DNA of 64,000 nucleotides from an uncultured delta proteobacterium (GCA_963752595.1 CAVVYZ010000020.1:160334-224333); one strand, 5' to 3'. Numbered from the stretch's first letter, positions 1-13,482 are shown. The notes: generated by a model not told the origin, from the letters alone. Translations and numbers: made by a program.

Positions 1-954
<954 letters not shown>

Positions 955-961
955 AAAACCC

Positions 962-990
962 TTGACAGATCAACCATCCACTGTTAGAAA
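962..990 (+). promoter_or_regulatory. Putative sigma70 promoter of the str operon
   Basis: TTGACA, 17-nt spacer, TAGAAA in the rpoC-rpsL gap. Confidence 0.6.
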
Positions 991-1051
991 ACTGCGTCAC
1001 TTTGACAATCTGTATCGTCAATTATTGGACGGAAAAGAAGGGACTTGAAGG

Positions 1052-1423
1052 ATGCCTACACTGAATCAACTCGTACGAAAAGGCAGGAATGCTGTTGCGA
1101 AGAAAAAGAAAACCAGGGCGCTCCAGGAGTGCCCGCAGAAGAGGGGTGTGTGCGTAAGGGTATACACCACGACTCCGAAGAAGCCGAACTCGGCTCTGCG
1201 CAAGGTTGCGAGGGTCAGGCTCACCAACGGCTACGAGGTGACTTCGTACATCCCGGGCGAAGGGCACAACCTGCAGGAACACTCGGTGGTGCTCATCAGG
1301 GGCGGCCGTGTGAAAGACCTGCCCGGTGTGAGGTATCATATCATCCGTGGGGTCATGGACTCTGAGGGCGTACAGGAACGTCGCCAGGGCAGATCCAAAT
1401 ACGGCACCAAAAGACCAAAGTAG
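1052..1423 (+). CDS. rpsL: 30S ribosomal protein S12
   Basis: [11 protein letters not shown] and [11 protein letters not shown] motifs. Confidence 0.99.
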   Translation: MPTLNQLVRKGRNAVAKKKKTRALQECPQKRGVCVRVYTTTPKKPNSALRKVARVRLTNGYEVTSYIPGEGHNLQEHSVVLIRGGRVKDLPGVRYHIIRGVMDSEGVQERRQGRSKYGTKRPK

Positions 1424-1436
1424 AGGGTAACAGACA

Positions 1437-1910
1437 ATGCCAAGGAAAAAGAGAGGAACTCTCAAGAGAGATGTAGCGGGTGATCCCGTTTACAGGGATA
1501 AGGTTGTTACCAAGTTTATCAACTGCCTCATGTGGGACGGCAAGAAGTCCGCGAGCGAGAAGATATTCTACGAGACGCTGGACATTCTGGCAGCCAAGAC
1601 CAAAGAGGACCCTCTTCAGGTATTCACCAAGGCGTTCGATAACGTGAAGCCCTCGCTGGAAGTCAGATCCAGGAGGATCGGCGGCGCCACATACCAGGTA
1701 CCGCAAGAGGTGAGGCCCGATCGCAGGGACATGCTTGCGAGAAGGTGGCTCATCACCGCCGCACGTGCCAGAAGCGAACATGACATGAGCGAGAGGCTGG
1801 CTCTCGAACTCCTCGATGCATATAACAACAGAGGAACATCCATAAAGAAGAAAGAAGATACCCACAAGATGGCTGAGGCGAACAAGGCCTTTGCCCATTA
1901 TCGTTGGTAA
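1437..1910 (+). CDS. rpsG: 30S ribosomal protein S7
   Basis: [26 protein letters not shown]. Confidence 0.99.
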   Translation: MPRKKRGTLKRDVAGDPVYRDKVVTKFINCLMWDGKKSASEKIFYETLDILAAKTKEDPLQVFTKAFDNVKPSLEVRSRRIGGATYQVPQEVRPDRRDMLARRWLITAARARSEHDMSERLALELLDAYNNRGTSIKKKEDTHKMAEANKAFAHYRW

Positions 1911-1942
1911 GAACAATTTATTAGAAAATCAGGTATAAGAAA

Positions 1943-4030
1943 TTGAAGAGAACAGTACCCATAGAAAAGCTGAGAAATATCGGCATCATGGCTCATATCG
2001 ATGCCGGCAAGACCACGACCACCGAGCGGATCCTGTACTACACGGGAAAGAGCTACAAGATCGGTGAGGTCCATGACGGTCAGGCCACCATGGACTGGAT
2101 GGAGCAGGAAAAAGAGCGGGGGATCACCATTACCTCTGCTGCGACTACGTGCACGTGGAGGGATCACGTCATCAACATCATCGACACCCCCGGGCATGTG
2201 GACTTCACCATCGAGGTCGAGCGGTCTTTACGGGTGCTGGACGGTGCTGTCGGTGTGTTTTGCGCGGTCGGCGGGGTTCAGCCCCAGTCTGAAACGGTGT
2301 GGAGACAGGCCGAGCGCTATCAGGTCCCCAGGATCGCATTCGTCAACAAGATGGACCGGGTCGGCGCCGACTTCTTAAAGGTCCTGAAAGATATCAAAGA
2401 TAAACTCGCAGCAAACCCTGTAGCCCTGCAGTTACCTATGGGTGAGGAAGAAAAGTTTGCCGGTGTGGTAGATCTCATCGAGATGAAGGCAATCACCTTT
2501 GAAGAAAGCTCAAAGGGAGCAGAGATGCAGGTAAGTGAGATACCTTCCCAATACCGGGACCTGGCGGAAGAATACCGCGAAAGGCTCATAGAGGCGGTCA
2601 GTGATGTAGACGACTTCATCATGCAAGCTTACCTCGATGGCGGGGAGATCACGAACGAGCAGATCAGGCACGCAATCAAAAAAGGCGCTTTGACCCTGAA
2701 GCTTACCCCCGTGCTCTGCGGTACCGCATTCAAGAATAAAGGTGTTCAGCCCCTGCTGGATGCCATTGTAGATTATCTCCCGTCTCCCAGAGAAGTGGGG
2801 GCCGTGGCCGGCAAGGACGAGAAAGGCCAGGACCAGTCCCGGAATCCGGATGACGGCGAATCCCTGGCAGCTCTAGCCTTCAAGGTCATGAATGATCCGT
2901 ACGTAGGTCAGCTCACCTTTATCCGGGTATACTCCGGTGTCGTGAGTGTGGGCGATACGATCTACAACAGCTCCAACGGGAAAAAAGAGCGCATCGGCAG
3001 GCTCGTCAGGATGTTTGCCGACAAGCGCGAGGAGATCAAAGAGATCAATGCCGGCGATATCGCTGCCGTGCTCGGCCTGAAGAATACGATCACCGGCCAG
3101 AGCCTCTGCGATACGAACCGGCCGATCATCCTGGAATCCATGGATTTCCCGGAACCGGTCATCTCCATTGCCATCGAGCCCAAAACCAAGGGCGACCAGG
3201 AAAAGCTGGGTATGGCTTTGTCCCGCATGTCCATGGAGGATCCGTCCTTCAAGGTCCATTCGGACAAGAATACCGGGGATACGCTCATTTCCGGCATGGG
3301 CGAGCTTCATCTGGAAATCATCGTCGACCGCATCAGGCGGGAATTCGGGGTAGAGGCCAATGTGGGTAAACCCCAGGTTGCCTATACCGAGACGATTACC
3401 CGGGAAGCACAGGAAGAGACCAAATATGCCAAGCAGACCGGCGGGCACGGCCAGTTCGCGCATGTGCTCATCCGTGTCGAGCCTATCGAGAGCGGCTCAG
3501 GTTTGGAGTTCGTAGATAAGGTGGTGGGCGGCGTCATTCCGCGCGAGTACATCCCCGCAGTCAGGAAAGGGGTTGAAGAGGCCATGCAGATGGGTCCCTG
3601 CGCCGGGTATCCGGTTCAGGACGTACGCGTCACCCTGTACGACGGCTCGTATCACGAGGTGGACTCCTCGGATATGGCGTTCAAGATCGCAGGGTCCATG
3701 GCACTCAAGAGCGCGCTGAAGAAAGCCGGCCCGGTTATGATGGAACCGGTTATGGATGTTGAGGTGGTAAGCCCTTCGGAATACATCGGAGATATTATCA
3801 ATGATCTGTCTTCCCGGAGGGGTAAGGTGCTCGGAATGGACACGCGGTCCGACGTACGGGTAATAGCCGGCCAGGTACCGCTTGCCGAGATGTTCGGATA
3901 CGCGACGTCTTTGCGTTCCCTGTCCCAGGGAAGAGCTACCTTCACTATGCAGGTTTCGCACTATGAACCTGTACCAACCAATATTTCCGAGCACGTAAAA
4001 GAGTCGAGAGGAGGACAGTTCCATGGCTAA
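1943..4030 (+). CDS. fusA: Elongation factor G (TTG start)
   Basis: [35 protein letters not shown]; position in str operon. Confidence 0.99.
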   Translation: MKRTVPIEKLRNIGIMAHIDAGKTTTTERILYYTGKSYKIGEVHDGQATMDWMEQEKERGITITSAATTCTWRDHVINIIDTPGHVDFTIEVERSLRVLDGAVGVFCAVGGVQPQSETVWRQAERYQVPRIAFVNKMDRVGADFLKVLKDIKDKLAANPVALQLPMGEEEKFAGVVDLIEMKAITFEESSKGAEMQVSEIPSQYRDLAEEYRERLIEAVSDVDDFIMQAYLDGGEITNEQIRHAIKKGALTLKLTPVLCGTAFKNKGVQPLLDAIVDYLPSPREVGAVAGKDEKGQDQSRNPDDGESLAALAFKVMNDPYVGQLTFIRVYSGVVSVGDTIYNSSNGKKERIGRLVRMFADKREEIKEINAGDIAAVLGLKNTITGQSLCDTNRPIILESMDFPEPVISIAIEPKTKGDQEKLGMALSRMSMEDPSFKVHSDKNTGDTLISGMGELHLEIIVDRIRREFGVEANVGKPQVAYTETITREAQEETKYAKQTGGHGQFAHVLIRVEPIESGSGLEFVDKVVGGVIPREYIPAVRKGVEEAMQMGPCAGYPVQDVRVTLYDGSYHEVDSSDMAFKIAGSMALKSALKKAGPVMMEPVMDVEVVSPSEYIGDIINDLSSRRGKVLGMDTRSDVRVIAGQVPLAEMFGYATSLRSLSQGRATFTMQVSHYEPVPTNISEHVKESRGGQFHG

Positions 4031-5218
4031 AGAAACTTTCAAGAGGACGAAGCCGCATGTGAATGTGGGGACGATAGGCCACATAGATCATGGGAAGACG
4101 ACGTTAACGGCCGCGATCACGAAGCATTTGGCAAAGAAGGGATTTGCGGAGTACGTAGCATATGATCAGATAGACAAGGCTCCGGAAGAGAAGGAGCGCG
4201 GGATAACGATCAACACGGCGCATGTAGAGTATCAGACGGAGAAGAGGCATTATGCGCACATTGATTGTCCTGGTCATGCGGATTACATCAAGAACATGAT
4301 CACGGGAGCTGCGCAGATGGACGGAGCGATACTTGTGGTGGCTGCGAGTGACGGGCCGATGCCGCAGACACGAGAGCACATATTGCTGGCGAAGCAGGTG
4401 AACGTGCCTGCGATGGTAGTGTTCATGAACAAGGTAGATCAGGTAGACGATCCCGAGTTGCTTGAGCTGGTTGAGCTGGAGTTGCGGGAGTTGCTTACGG
4501 CATATGATTTTCCTGGGGATGAGATACCGATCATCAAGGGGAGTGCGATGCTGGCGCTGGCGTCGGAAGATCCGGACAGTCCTGAAGCGAAGTGCATATT
4601 TGAGTTGATGGATGCGGTAGATTCTTATATACCGGAGCCTGATGCGTGACGATAGACAAGCCGTTTTTGATGCCTGTAGAGGACATATTCACGATCAGCG
4701 GACGCGGCACGGTAGTGACGGGTCGAGTAGAGCGTGGAGTGATCAAGACAGGGGAAGAGGTAGAGATAATAGGGATCAGGCCTACGATCAAGACGGTATG
4801 CACAGGAGTTGAGATGTTCCGGAAGACGCTGGATGAGGGTCGGGCCGGGGACAACGTAGGGATACTGATACGTGGGACGAAGAGGGAAGAGGTAGAGCGG
4901 GGGCAGGTAGTAGCGCATCCCGGGTCGATTTTGCCTCATACGAACTTTGTGTCCGAGGTATACGTATTGAAGAAGGAAGAGGGAGGCAGGCACACGCCGT
5001 TTTTCACAGGGTACCGGCCGCAGTTTTATTTTCGGACGACGGACGTGACTGGAGACATTGCGCTGCCGGAGGGAGTAGAGATGGTAATGCCCGGAGATAA
5101 CGTGACCATGAACGTGAAGCTGATTCAGCCGATCGCCATGGACGAGGGATTGCGGTTTGCTATCCGTGAAGGCGGCAGAACCGTTGCCTCAGGCGTTATC
5201 GTTAAAGTTATCGAGTAG
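4023..5218 (+). CDS. tuf: Elongation factor Tu, split by one frameshift near 4645 (probable sequencing indel)
   Basis: [17 protein letters not shown] and NKVD in ORF 4023-4649; [11 protein letters not shown] to [10 protein letters not shown] in ORF 4646-5218. Confidence 0.97.
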
Positions 5219-5237
5219 GAAAACAGGAGCAAGGAAC

Positions 5238-5546
5238 ATGGAGACCCAGAGGATACGCATACGGTTGAAAGGCTTTGATCACAAGCTGATCGATCAGTCT
5301 GTACAGGAAATAGTTGATGCAGCACGAAGGACAGGTGCACGAGTGGCAGGCCCGATTCCGCTTCCGACCAAAATCGAGAAATTTACGGTCCTGCGGTCTC
5401 CGCATGTTGACAAGAAATCAAGAGACCAGTTCGAGATCCGGACGTTCAAGCGGCTTCTCGACATCCTTGATCCGACCCAGCAGACGGTTGATTCGCTCAT
5501 GAAATTGGATCTCTCTGCAGGTGTTGATGTAGAGATTAAGCTCTAA
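5238..5546 (+). CDS. rpsJ: 30S ribosomal protein S10
   Basis: [31 protein letters not shown]. Confidence 0.99.
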   Translation: METQRIRIRLKGFDHKLIDQSVQEIVDAARRTGARVAGPIPLPTKIEKFTVLRSPHVDKKSRDQFEIRTFKRLLDILDPTQQTVDSLMKLDLSAGVDVEIKL

Positions 5547-5564
5547 GGAACGTGGGAGTTGACA

Positions 5565-6194
5565 ATGGTTAAAGCGATCTTAGGGAAAAAGCTCGGAATG
5601 AGCCAGGTCTATAATGATAAGGGAGAGATCGTCCCCGTTACCCTGATTCAGGCCGGCCCCTGCTATGTCATTCAGAAGAAGATCATGGACAGGGATGGAT
5701 ATGAAGCTATCCAGCTCGGATTCGGTCCCAAGAAGGAAAAACGGGTGAACAAACCCATCAAAGGCCATCAGGGCAAGGCAGGCGCCGGATACTTCTATTT
5801 TATGAGGGAAGTGCCCTGCGATGATATCACTGCGCTGGACGTGGGCCAGGAAATCAAGGTGGACGGGCTGTTTGCAAAAGGCGAAATGATCGATGTCACC
5901 GGCACATCCAAAGGGAAGGGATTTGCAGGCGTTGTCAAAAGACACGGCTTCGGCGGCCTACCCGGTACCCATGGATCATTGATCCAGAGAGAGACCGGAT
6001 CTGTCGGGAGCGCTACAGACCCTGGAGAGATCATGAAGGGTAAGCGCATGGCCGGACACATGGGTGACGAGCGGGTAACCGTCGGCAACCTTGAGGTGGT
6101 CGATATTCTCGCTGACGAAAACCTCATCCTCATCAAAGGTGCTGTGCCCGGTTCAAAAGGCCAGCTCGTCGTATTGAAGAAACAAGGGGTGTAG
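5565..6194 (+). CDS. rplC: 50S ribosomal protein L3
   Basis: LGKKLGMSQ, DVTGTSKGKGFAGVVKRHGF, GKRMAGHMG. Confidence 0.98.
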   Translation: MVKAILGKKLGMSQVYNDKGEIVPVTLIQAGPCYVIQKKIMDRDGYEAIQLGFGPKKEKRVNKPIKGHQGKAGAGYFYFMREVPCDDITALDVGQEIKVDGLFAKGEMIDVTGTSKGKGFAGVVKRHGFGGLPGTHGSLIQRETGSVGSATDPGEIMKGKRMAGHMGDERVTVGNLEVVDILADENLILIKGAVPGSKGQLVVLKKQGV

Positions 6195-6196
6195 TG

Positions 6197-6817
6197 ATGC
6201 CTACGGTTGATGTGTATAACATGGCAGGAGATAAGGTCAGAGATATCGACTTGAGCGATACGGTCTTCGCTAGTGAAGTGAAACCATATCTGCTCCACGA
6301 TGTCGTCATCTGGCAGCTGGCAAACAGAAGGGCTGCTACGGCAAAGACAAAGACCAGGAGAGAAGTCTCCGGCGGCGGCGCAAAACCGTTCCGCCAGAAG
6401 GGTACGGGCAGAGCCCGCGCCGGGTCGAACCGTTCCCCCGTATGGAGGCATGGCGGCGTCAGCTTCGGGCCCAACGGCAGGAAATATGACAGCAAGCTGC
6501 CCAAAAAGGTCAGAGAGCAGGCTCTGCGCAGCGCACTGAGCATGAAGCTGCAGGAGAACGTGATGAAGGTTGTCGAGGCCGTTACGCTCGAAAATCCCAA
6601 AACCAAGCTCTATGCCGATGCCCTCGGGACCTTGGGGATGGAGAACACACTCGTCGTCATGGGAAATATGGACAGAGACATGTCCATGGCATCGAGAAAC
6701 CATAGTGCTTCGAAGATGCTCGACGTTCGGGGCCTGAATGTCTACGACATCCTCAAGTACAAGGGCCTGATCCTGGATCTCGAGGCGGTTCAGTATATCG
6801 AAGAGAGGCTGAAATAA
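6197..6817 (+). CDS. rplD: 50S ribosomal protein L4
   Basis: [15 protein letters not shown]. Confidence 0.98.
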   Translation: MPTVDVYNMAGDKVRDIDLSDTVFASEVKPYLLHDVVIWQLANRRAATAKTKTRREVSGGGAKPFRQKGTGRARAGSNRSPVWRHGGVSFGPNGRKYDSKLPKKVREQALRSALSMKLQENVMKVVEAVTLENPKTKLYADALGTLGMENTLVVMGNMDRDMSMASRNHSASKMLDVRGLNVYDILKYKGLILDLEAVQYIEERLK

Positions 6818-7107
6818 TGAAGGACTACACACAGATCATACAACGGCCTATCGTTACCGAGAAAGGCACGATGCTGCGGCAGGAATCGAATCAGATCGTT
6901 TTCGCCGTCAGGAAGGATGCCAACAAGATCGAGATCAAGAAGGCAGTGGAAGAGCTCTTCAACGTGCACGTCGAGGATGTTAAAACTATGAACATCAATG
7001 GCAAGTCCAAGCGCTGGGGAATGCATAACTACAGGCGTTCGGACTGGAAAAAAGCCATCGTGAAACTCAAAGCCGGCGAGTCCGTTGAGTTCTATGAAGG
7101 GGTATAG
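6817..7107 (+). CDS. rplW: 50S ribosomal protein L23
   Basis: [25 protein letters not shown]. Confidence 0.98.
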   Translation: MKDYTQIIQRPIVTEKGTMLRQESNQIVFAVRKDANKIEIKKAVEELFNVHVEDVKTMNINGKSKRWGMHNYRRSDWKKAIVKLKAGESVEFYEGV

Positions 7108-7110
7108 AAG

Positions 7111-7931
7111 ATGAGCATACGGAGCTTCAAGCCAACATCCGCAGGAAGACGGTCAATGACCGTTTCGACATTTGAAGAGATAACGACGGACACTCCCGAG
7201 CGTTCGCTGACGACTATCTTAAAGAAGAACAGCGGGCGCAACAATCTCGGCCGCGTTACGGTCAGGCATCAGGGCGGCGGAAACAAGAGATTGTACCGCA
7301 TCATCGATTTCAAGCGCGACAAGACCGGCGTGCCCGGCAAGGTAGTATCCATCGAGTACGATCCGAACCGCTCGGCCAGGATATCCCTGATCCAGTACGC
7401 AGACGGCGAGAAACGCTACATCATCTGGCCCGACGGGCTGGCAGTGGGCAGCACGGTCATGGCTGCCGAAGATGCAGACATCAGGACAGGCAATGTCCTG
7501 TCGCTCAGGAACATGCCCCTCGGTACATTCGTTCACAACGTCGAATTCAGGCCCGGCAAGGGTGGGCAGCTCATCAGGTCTGCCGGCACCTATGCACAGG
7601 TCCTGGCCAAGGAAGGCGATTATGTCCAGCTCAAGATGCCGTCGGGCGAAGTGAGAAAGATCTTCGCAGATGCAAGGCGACGATCGGCCAGGTGGGAAAT
7701 TCCAGCCATTCCAACATCTCAATCGGCAAGGCGGGCAGAAAGCGCTGGATGGGCATCAGGCCCACGGTGCGCGGCGTTGCCATGAACCCGGTCGATCATC
7801 CGCACGGCGGAGGTGAAGGAAGGGTCAAGGGAAATCATCCGGTCACCCCGTGGGGCATTTCGACCAAGGGACACAAGACCAGGAAGCATAAGAAGAGTTC
7901 GAGCAACTATATCGTGAAGAGGAGGAAGTAA
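7111..7931 (+). CDS. rplB: 50S ribosomal protein L2, one frameshift near 7670 (probable missing base)
   Basis: [11 protein letters not shown] in first frame; [20 protein letters not shown] in second frame. Confidence 0.97.
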
Positions 7932-7933
7932 CC

Positions 7934-8218
7934 GTGGCCCGTTCACTGAAAAAAGGACCTTTTGTAGATGACCACCTTTTAAGTAAAGTACTTGGGGCCC
8001 AGGAATCCGGGAGCCGGAAGGTGATCAAGACGTGGTCCCGCAGGTCCACTATACTTCCGGAATTTGTAGGGCTCACGTTTGCAGTACATAACGGCAAAAA
8101 GTTCGTTCCTGTGTACGTGACCGAGGAAATGATCGGACACAAGCTCGGTGAGTTTTCCCCAACCCGGACGTTCTTTGGACACGCCGGCGACAGGAAATCA
8201 CAGAAGAAGGGGCACTAA
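7934..8218 (+). CDS. rpsS: 30S ribosomal protein S19
   Basis: [21 protein letters not shown]. Confidence 0.99.
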   Translation: MARSLKKGPFVDDHLLSKVLGAQESGSRKVIKTWSRRSTILPEFVGLTFAVHNGKKFVPVYVTEEMIGHKLGEFSPTRTFFGHAGDRKSQKKGH

Positions 8219-8219
8219 G

Positions 8220-8552
8220 ATGGAAGCAAAAGCTATCTTACGACATACGAGGGTTTCCCCTCAGAAGGCAAGGCTCATTGCCGATCAGGTACGCAGAAAA
8301 CCGATCGCGGATGCCTTACGGATGCTCAACCTCTTAGGCACCAAGCGGGCGCGTCTCATCGCCAAGGTGTTGAACTCCGCCGTAGCGAATGCCATGCAGA
8401 CCGGACTCGTGGATGTGGACAACCTCTACGTGAAATCCATACAGGTCGATGGAGGCGTCGTGCTGAAACGGTTCATGCCCCGAGCTCAGGGCAGAGCCGC
8501 AAAAATACTAAAGAGAACAAGCCACATATCAGTTGTGCTTGATGAGCTGTAG
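8220..8552 (+). CDS. rplV: 50S ribosomal protein L22
   Basis: SPQKARL, PRAQGRA, KRTSHI. Confidence 0.98.
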   Translation: MEAKAILRHTRVSPQKARLIADQVRRKPIADALRMLNLLGTKRARLIAKVLNSAVANAMQTGLVDVDNLYVKSIQVDGGVVLKRFMPRAQGRAAKILKRTSHISVVLDEL

Positions 8553-8568
8553 GAAAGGGGTATCTTAA

Positions 8569-9219
8569 GTGGGACAGAAGATTCATCCGTATGGATTTCG
8601 GCTTGGAATAACCAAGGACTGGAAGGCCAAGTGGTACGCTGAAAAGAATTTCGGCGCTCTTCTGGTCGAAGACAGAAAGATCCGCGAATTCGTTCAGAAA
8701 AACTTAAGCCACGCCGGCATCTCGAATGTCATCATCGAGCGTGCGGCGAACAAGGTGAAGCTGGTGATCTTCACCGGCAGGCCCGGGCTCGTTATCGGAA
8801 GGAAAGGCCAGGGCGCAGAGCAGCTGAAGAACGACCTTGCCAAGTTCGTGGATAAAGAGATCATGCTCGAGATCAAGGAAGTGCGGAGACCCGAAACCGA
8901 TGCCCAGATCATAGCTGATGGAATTGCAAGCCAGCTCGAGCGCCGCGTTGCCTACAGAAGGGCCATGAAACGGTCAGTCACCCAGGCAATGAGGATGGGT
9001 GCACAGGGAATAAAAGTTGCCTGCGCAGGCCGTCTCGCCGGTGCTGAAATCGCACGACGCGAATGGTACCGTGAGGGAAGGGTTCCTCTTCATACGCTCA
9101 GGAGCGATGTGGATTATGGATTTTCCCAGGCATACACGGTCTACGGCGTCATCGGTGTAAAAGTCTGGGTGTTCCATGGCGAGATCGTAGCGAGAAAGCA
9201 GGAAGAGGCGACATCGTAA
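8569..9219 (+). CDS. rpsC: 30S ribosomal protein S3
   Basis: [22 protein letters not shown]. Confidence 0.99.
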   Translation: MGQKIHPYGFRLGITKDWKAKWYAEKNFGALLVEDRKIREFVQKNLSHAGISNVIIERAANKVKLVIFTGRPGLVIGRKGQGAEQLKNDLAKFVDKEIMLEIKEVRRPETDAQIIADGIASQLERRVAYRRAMKRSVTQAMRMGAQGIKVACAGRLAGAEIARREWYREGRVPLHTLRSDVDYGFSQAYTVYGVIGVKVWVFHGEIVARKQEEATS

Positions 9220-9234
9220 GGGAGATAATGAGCC

Positions 9235-9657
9235 ATGTTGCAGCCAAATAAAGTAAAACACAGGAAACAGATGCGGGGACGCATGAAAGGGAGCCCGGAA
9301 AAGGGATCGAAGGTTTCGTTCGGAACCTTCGGCCTCCAGTGCCTGGAGCCCAAGTGGATAACCTCGCGGCAGATAGAGGCAGCGCGTATCGCCATCACCA
9401 GGCACATAAAGCGCGGCGGAAAGGTCTGGATCAGGGTTTTCCCCGACAAGCCGATCACCAAGAAGGCAGCTGAAACCAGAATGGGAAAAGGCAAAGGAGC
9501 ACCTGAAGAGTGGGTAGCCGTAGTCAAGCCCGGCAGAATCATGTTCGAGCTCGACGGGGTAACCCAGGAGCTCGCCCAGGAAGCCTTCCGGCTTGCAGCG
9601 CACAAGCTGCCGGTTAAGACAAGCTTCGTAGTTCGGGAGGGTCTCCATGAAGGTTAA
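9235..9657 (+). CDS. rplP: 50S ribosomal protein L16
   Basis: [16 protein letters not shown]. Confidence 0.99.
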   Translation: MLQPNKVKHRKQMRGRMKGSPEKGSKVSFGTFGLQCLEPKWITSRQIEAARIAITRHIKRGGKVWIRVFPDKPITKKAAETRMGKGKGAPEEWVAVVKPGRIMFELDGVTQELAQEAFRLAAHKLPVKTSFVVREGLHEG

Positions 9658-9835
9658 GGAAGTTCGCGATAAGAGTGCCGGTGAGCTGGGTGAATTGAAG
9701 ATAAAACTTACCCGTGATCTCATGAATGCACGGTTCAAGAATGCCATGGGACAGTTTGAGAACCAGAGCTTGATCAAGAAGATGCGCCGGGACGTTGCAA
9801 GGATCAATACCATCCTCCGGGAGAAGGTGTCATGA
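9647..9835 (+). CDS. rpmC: 50S ribosomal protein L29
   Basis: [11 protein letters not shown]; synteny. Confidence 0.95.
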   Translation: MKVKEVRDKSAGELGELKIKLTRDLMNARFKNAMGQFENQSLIKKMRRDVARINTILREKVS

Positions 9836-10089
9836 CGGAAAAGGCAAAAAGAAACGAGTTAACGGGGATGATCACCAGCGACAAGATGGATAAGACGGTA
9901 GTCGTGACGGTTGAAAGGCTGGAGAAGCATCCTGTTTTCCAGAAGTATGTGCGCAGAAGGTCCAGGTTCAAGGCCCATGATGAGAAGAACGAGTGTAAAG
10001 TGGGCGACAAGGTGCTGATACGGGAGTGCAGGCCCTTAAGCAAGGATAAGTGCTGGAGAGTCGTGAGCATCCTGGAGAGACAGGAATAG
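9832..10089 (+). CDS. rpsQ: 30S ribosomal protein S17
   Basis: [24 protein letters not shown]. Confidence 0.98.
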   Translation: MTEKAKRNELTGMITSDKMDKTVVVTVERLEKHPVFQKYVRRRSRFKAHDEKNECKVGDKVLIRECRPLSKDKCWRVVSILERQE

Positions 10090-10112
10090 GCTGATATGAG
10101 TGGAGGCGAGCA

Positions 10113-10481
10113 ATGATTCAGCAACAGACTAGGCTCAGGGTTGCGGATAACTCCGGAGCGAAAGAGCTCATGTGTATCAAGGTGCTGGGCGGTTCCAAGC
10201 GACGGTATGCTTCTCTGGGAGATATCATCGTCTGCAGCGTGAAGGAAGCCATACCCCGGTCAAAGGTGAAGAAAGGCGATGTCGTCAAGGCCGTTGTGGT
10301 CAGGACTAAAAGAACTCATAAGCGCGGCGACGGATCGTCCATACGGTTTGATGAGAACTCGGCGGTCATTCTGAACAACCAGAATGAGCCTGTCGGTACC
10401 CGTATATTCGGCCCGGTTGCACGGGAACTCAGGGCAAAGAATTTCATGAAAATAGCATCCCTTGCCCCGGAAGTACTCTAG
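10113..10481 (+). CDS. rplN: 50S ribosomal protein L14
   Basis: [20 protein letters not shown]. Confidence 0.99.
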   Translation: MIQQQTRLRVADNSGAKELMCIKVLGGSKRRYASLGDIIVCSVKEAIPRSKVKKGDVVKAVVVRTKRTHKRGDGSSIRFDENSAVILNNQNEPVGTRIFGPVARELRAKNFMKIASLAPEVL

Positions 10482-10491
10482 AGGTGTGAAC

Positions 10492-10821
10492 ATGGAAAAG
10501 CGTGCAATGGATAGGATCAGGAAAGGCGATACCGTTGAGGTGCTGGCCGGGAAAAACCGCGGAAAGCAGGGTCAGGTATTGCGGGTATTGAACAAGAAGG
10601 GAAGGGTGCTCGTAGAGCGGGTCAACATGATCAAGAGGCACCAGAAGCCGACACAGACGTCCCAGGGAGGGATCGTAGAGAAAGAGGCAAGCATCAATGC
10701 CTCCAATCTTGCCCCGGTATGCGGGAAGTGCAAAAAGGGCGTAAGGATCGGCACCAAGATCCATGATGACGGCACCAAGGTGAGAGTCTGCAAGAAATGC
10801 GGAGAAGAGCTGGATAAATGA
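10492..10821 (+). CDS. rplX: 50S ribosomal protein L24
   Basis: [14 protein letters not shown] motif; GGIVEKEA. Confidence 0.98.
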   Translation: MEKRAMDRIRKGDTVEVLAGKNRGKQGQVLRVLNKKGRVLVERVNMIKRHQKPTQTSQGGIVEKEASINASNLAPVCGKCKKGVRIGTKIHDDGTKVRVCKKCGEELDK

Positions 10822-10831
10822 GGTATTGATG

Positions 10832-11371
10832 ATGGCAAGGCTGAAGGAATATTATCAGAAAGAAGTTGTACCCGGTCTTATTAAAGAGTTCGGATACAAG
10901 AACGTCCATGAGATCCCCAAGATCACGAAGATCATTGTCAACATGGGGCTGGGTGAAGCGGTTCAGGATGTGAAGATCATCGATAAGGCAGCTGCCGAGC
11001 TTACCCTTATCTCCGGACAGAAGCCGGTCGTCACCAAGGCCAGAAAGTCTATCGCATCGTTCAAACTCAGAGAGGGCATGCCCATCGGGTGCACGGTTAC
11101 CATGCGCGGCGCCCGGATGTATGAGTTCCTGGACAGGTTGATCAACGCAGTTCTTCCCCGCGTAAGAGACTTCCGCGGCATATCTCCGAAAGGGTTTGAC
11201 GGACGCGGAAATTACACGCTCGGCTTGAATGACCAGTCTGTTTTCCCTGAGATAGAATATGATGCCATTGACAAGTTGAGGGGAATGAATATAACGGTGG
11301 TCACCACGGCAGGCTCGGACGACGAAGGAAGAAGTCTTCTGAGTGCGTTTGGTATGCCTTTCAGGAAATAA
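10832..11371 (+). CDS. rplE: 50S ribosomal protein L5
   Basis: [22 protein letters not shown]. Confidence 0.99.
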   Translation: MARLKEYYQKEVVPGLIKEFGYKNVHEIPKITKIIVNMGLGEAVQDVKIIDKAAAELTLISGQKPVVTKARKSIASFKLREGMPIGCTVTMRGARMYEFLDRLINAVLPRVRDFRGISPKGFDGRGNYTLGLNDQSVFPEIEYDAIDKLRGMNITVVTTAGSDDEGRSLLSAFGMPFRK

Positions 11372-11384
11372 TGCGGGAGATGCT

Positions 11385-11570
11385 ATGGCAAAAAAATCCA
11401 TGATAATAAAGCAGCAGAGACCGAAGAGATTCAAGGTCAGAGATTATAATCGTTGTTCGCTGTGCGGCCGTCCACACGCATATTACCGGAAGTTCGGTAT
11501 CTGCAGGATATGCTTGAGAAACTATGCGATGAAGGGCGAAATACCTGGCCTGAAAAAATCAAGTTGGTAA
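11385..11570 (+). CDS. rpsZ: 30S ribosomal protein S14, zinc-binding type Z
   Basis: 61 aa, MAKKS start, CxxC...CRIC. Confidence 0.97.
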   Translation: MAKKSMIIKQQRPKRFKVRDYNRCSLCGRPHAYYRKFGICRICLRNYAMKGEIPGLKKSSW

Positions 11571-11584
11571 AGGGAGTACTAAGG

Positions 11585-11977
11585 ATGCATACTGATCCGA
11601 TATCAGATATGATCACGAGGATAAGGAACGGCGCTCAGGCGTTCAAAGAGAGTGTCGATATCCCGGCGTCCAAGATGAAGATGAATATCGCTGAAATCCT
11701 TCTGAAGGAAGGATATATCAAGGGATATAAGGTCATCGAGGACGGCAAGCAGGGATTGATCAGAGTTAACCTGAAATACTTGAATTCACGCCACGTGATT
11801 ACCGGTATTCAGCGGGTATCAAAGCCTGGTCGCAGGATGTATAGAAAGGCTGATGAGATCCAGCAGGTAAGAAAAGGACTCGGTATTTCCATCGTGAGTA
11901 CCAGTAGGGGAATCATGACCGACCTCAAGGCGAAGGCCAACAACGTGGGCGGTGAGGAATTAATCAGGGTCTGGTGA
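11585..11977 (+). CDS. rpsH: 30S ribosomal protein S8
   Basis: [29 protein letters not shown]. Confidence 0.98.
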   Translation: MHTDPISDMITRIRNGAQAFKESVDIPASKMKMNIAEILLKEGYIKGYKVIEDGKQGLIRVNLKYLNSRHVITGIQRVSKPGRRMYRKADEIQQVRKGLGISIVSTSRGIMTDLKAKANNVGGEELIRVW

Positions 11978-11990
11978 GGAGTGTAAGGCG

Positions 11991-12533
11991 ATGTCTAGAA
12001 TAGGAAAAATGCCCGTACAGCTGCCCAAGGGCGTCACTGTTACCATAGCCGAGGACGGCATCCAGGTGAAGGGCCCTAAAGGGGAGCTCTCGAGAAAGCT
12101 TGTGACCAATATCGAGATCAGGAAGGAAGACAGCACCCTGCAGTTTGTTCCCAAGGATGATTCGAATCAGACAAAGGCCTACCACGGTCTGGTTCGTACC
12201 TTGGTCAATAATATGGTCGTCGGTGTAACCGATGGTTTCACCAGAAAGCTCAAGATCGTAGGCGTCGGCTACAGGGGCGAAATGAAAGGCAATACTCTGG
12301 TACTCAACGTAGGCTATTCGAAGCCCAAGGAATATAACCTGCCCAAAGGGGTCGGCGGCACTGTTTCCAAAGACGGTATCATCGAGCTTACCGGCATCGA
12401 CAAGGAACAGCTGGGCGATATCTGCGCTCAGATCCGCAGGATCAGAAAGCCTGATTCCTATAAAGGCAAGGGTATCCGTTACATCGATGAAGTAGTACGG
12501 ATCAAGCCGGGTAAGAGCGTCTCGAAGGGTTAG
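11991..12533 (+). CDS. rplF: 50S ribosomal protein L6
   Basis: MSRIGK, GVGYR, YKGKGIRY. Confidence 0.99.
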   Translation: MSRIGKMPVQLPKGVTVTIAEDGIQVKGPKGELSRKLVTNIEIRKEDSTLQFVPKDDSNQTKAYHGLVRTLVNNMVVGVTDGFTRKLKIVGVGYRGEMKGNTLVLNVGYSKPKEYNLPKGVGGTVSKDGIIELTGIDKEQLGDICAQIRRIRKPDSYKGKGIRYIDEVVRIKPGKSVSKG

Positions 12534-12567
12534 GATACCATCGGATAAATAATTAAGGAGATGTACT

Positions 12568-12930
12568 GTGGGTAGGAAAAGCGCCAAAGAAGCTCGGCAA
12601 TACAGGAAAGACCGGATTCGCAAAAAGGTTCAGGGCACGCCCGAGAGGCTCCGGTTGAGTGTTTATAGAGGCAACTGCAATATATACAGCCAGATTATCG
12701 ATGATACGAAGGGCTTGACCCTGGTTTCCGCATCGTCTCAGAGCCCTGAAGTGAAAGGGAAAACCAAGGGTTTTACCATCGAGACTGCAAAGAAGGTAGG
12801 CGAGCTTCTGGCACAGAAGGCAAAAGAGGCCGGTATAGAGAATGTGGTTTTTGATCGCGGCGGATACAGGTATCACGGCAAGATCAAAGCCCTTTCCGAG
12901 GGCGCCAGGTCCGGCGGACTCAAGTTTTAA
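12568..12930 (+). CDS. rplR: 50S ribosomal protein L18
   Basis: [18 protein letters not shown]. Confidence 0.98.
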   Translation: MGRKSAKEARQYRKDRIRKKVQGTPERLRLSVYRGNCNIYSQIIDDTKGLTLVSASSQSPEVKGKTKGFTIETAKKVGELLAQKAKEAGIENVVFDRGGYRYHGKIKALSEGARSGGLKF

Positions 12931-12945
12931 ATAAGGAGACGAACG

Positions 12946-13455
12946 TTGGCAAGGTTTGACAGAGATAACTTTGAAGATACTGAGCAGTTAATCGATAAGG
13001 TGGTGTATATCAACCGTGTCGCCAAGGTTGTGAAGGGCGGCAAACGGTTCCGTTTCAGTGCACTCGTAGTCGTGGGTGACGGCAACGGCCGCGTCGGCCA
13101 CGGTATCGGTAAGGCAAAGGAAGTAGCCATCAGCATCAGGAAGGGCTACGAAGTGGCGAAGAAGTCCATGGTGCCGATTTCGATTATCGAAGGCACGGTG
13201 CCCCATGCGATCGTAGGCGCCTTCGGCTCATCGAGGGTTGTCCTCAAGCCTGCTGCCCCGGGAACCGGCATCATTGCCGGAAACGCGGTGCGTGCAGTCC
13301 TCGAAGCTGCCGGATTGCGGAACGTTGTTGCCAAGACGCTCGGATCCAGAAATCATAACAATGTTATCCGTGCTACGTTCGATGCCCTGATCAATATGGA
13401 AACTAAAGAGCACGTTGAGATGAAGAGAGGCCTTTCTCTCGATCAGGCGAGCTAA
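12946..13455 (+). CDS. rpsE: 30S ribosomal protein S5
   Basis: [22 protein letters not shown]. Confidence 0.99.
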   Translation: MARFDRDNFEDTEQLIDKVVYINRVAKVVKGGKRFRFSALVVVGDGNGRVGHGIGKAKEVAISIRKGYEVAKKSMVPISIIEGTVPHAIVGAFGSSRVVLKPAAPGTGIIAGNAVRAVLEAAGLRNVVAKTLGSRNHNNVIRATFDALINMETKEHVEMKRGLSLDQAS

Positions 13456-13482
13456 ACAATAGAGAGAAGCGAGGGAAGTACG

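Noticed and set aside
1002-1021. TTGAC-N10-GTCAA inverted repeat in the rpsL leader as a regulator site
   Set aside because: Only a 5-bp arm; cannot be told from chance without homologs.
1052-1423. Streptomycin-resistance changes in S12
   Set aside because: PKKPNS and RVKDLPG motifs are wild type.
4640-4655. Programmed frameshift or selenocysteine at the TGA in tuf
   Set aside because: The downstream half is in a different frame, there is no slippery site, and indels occur throughout the window.
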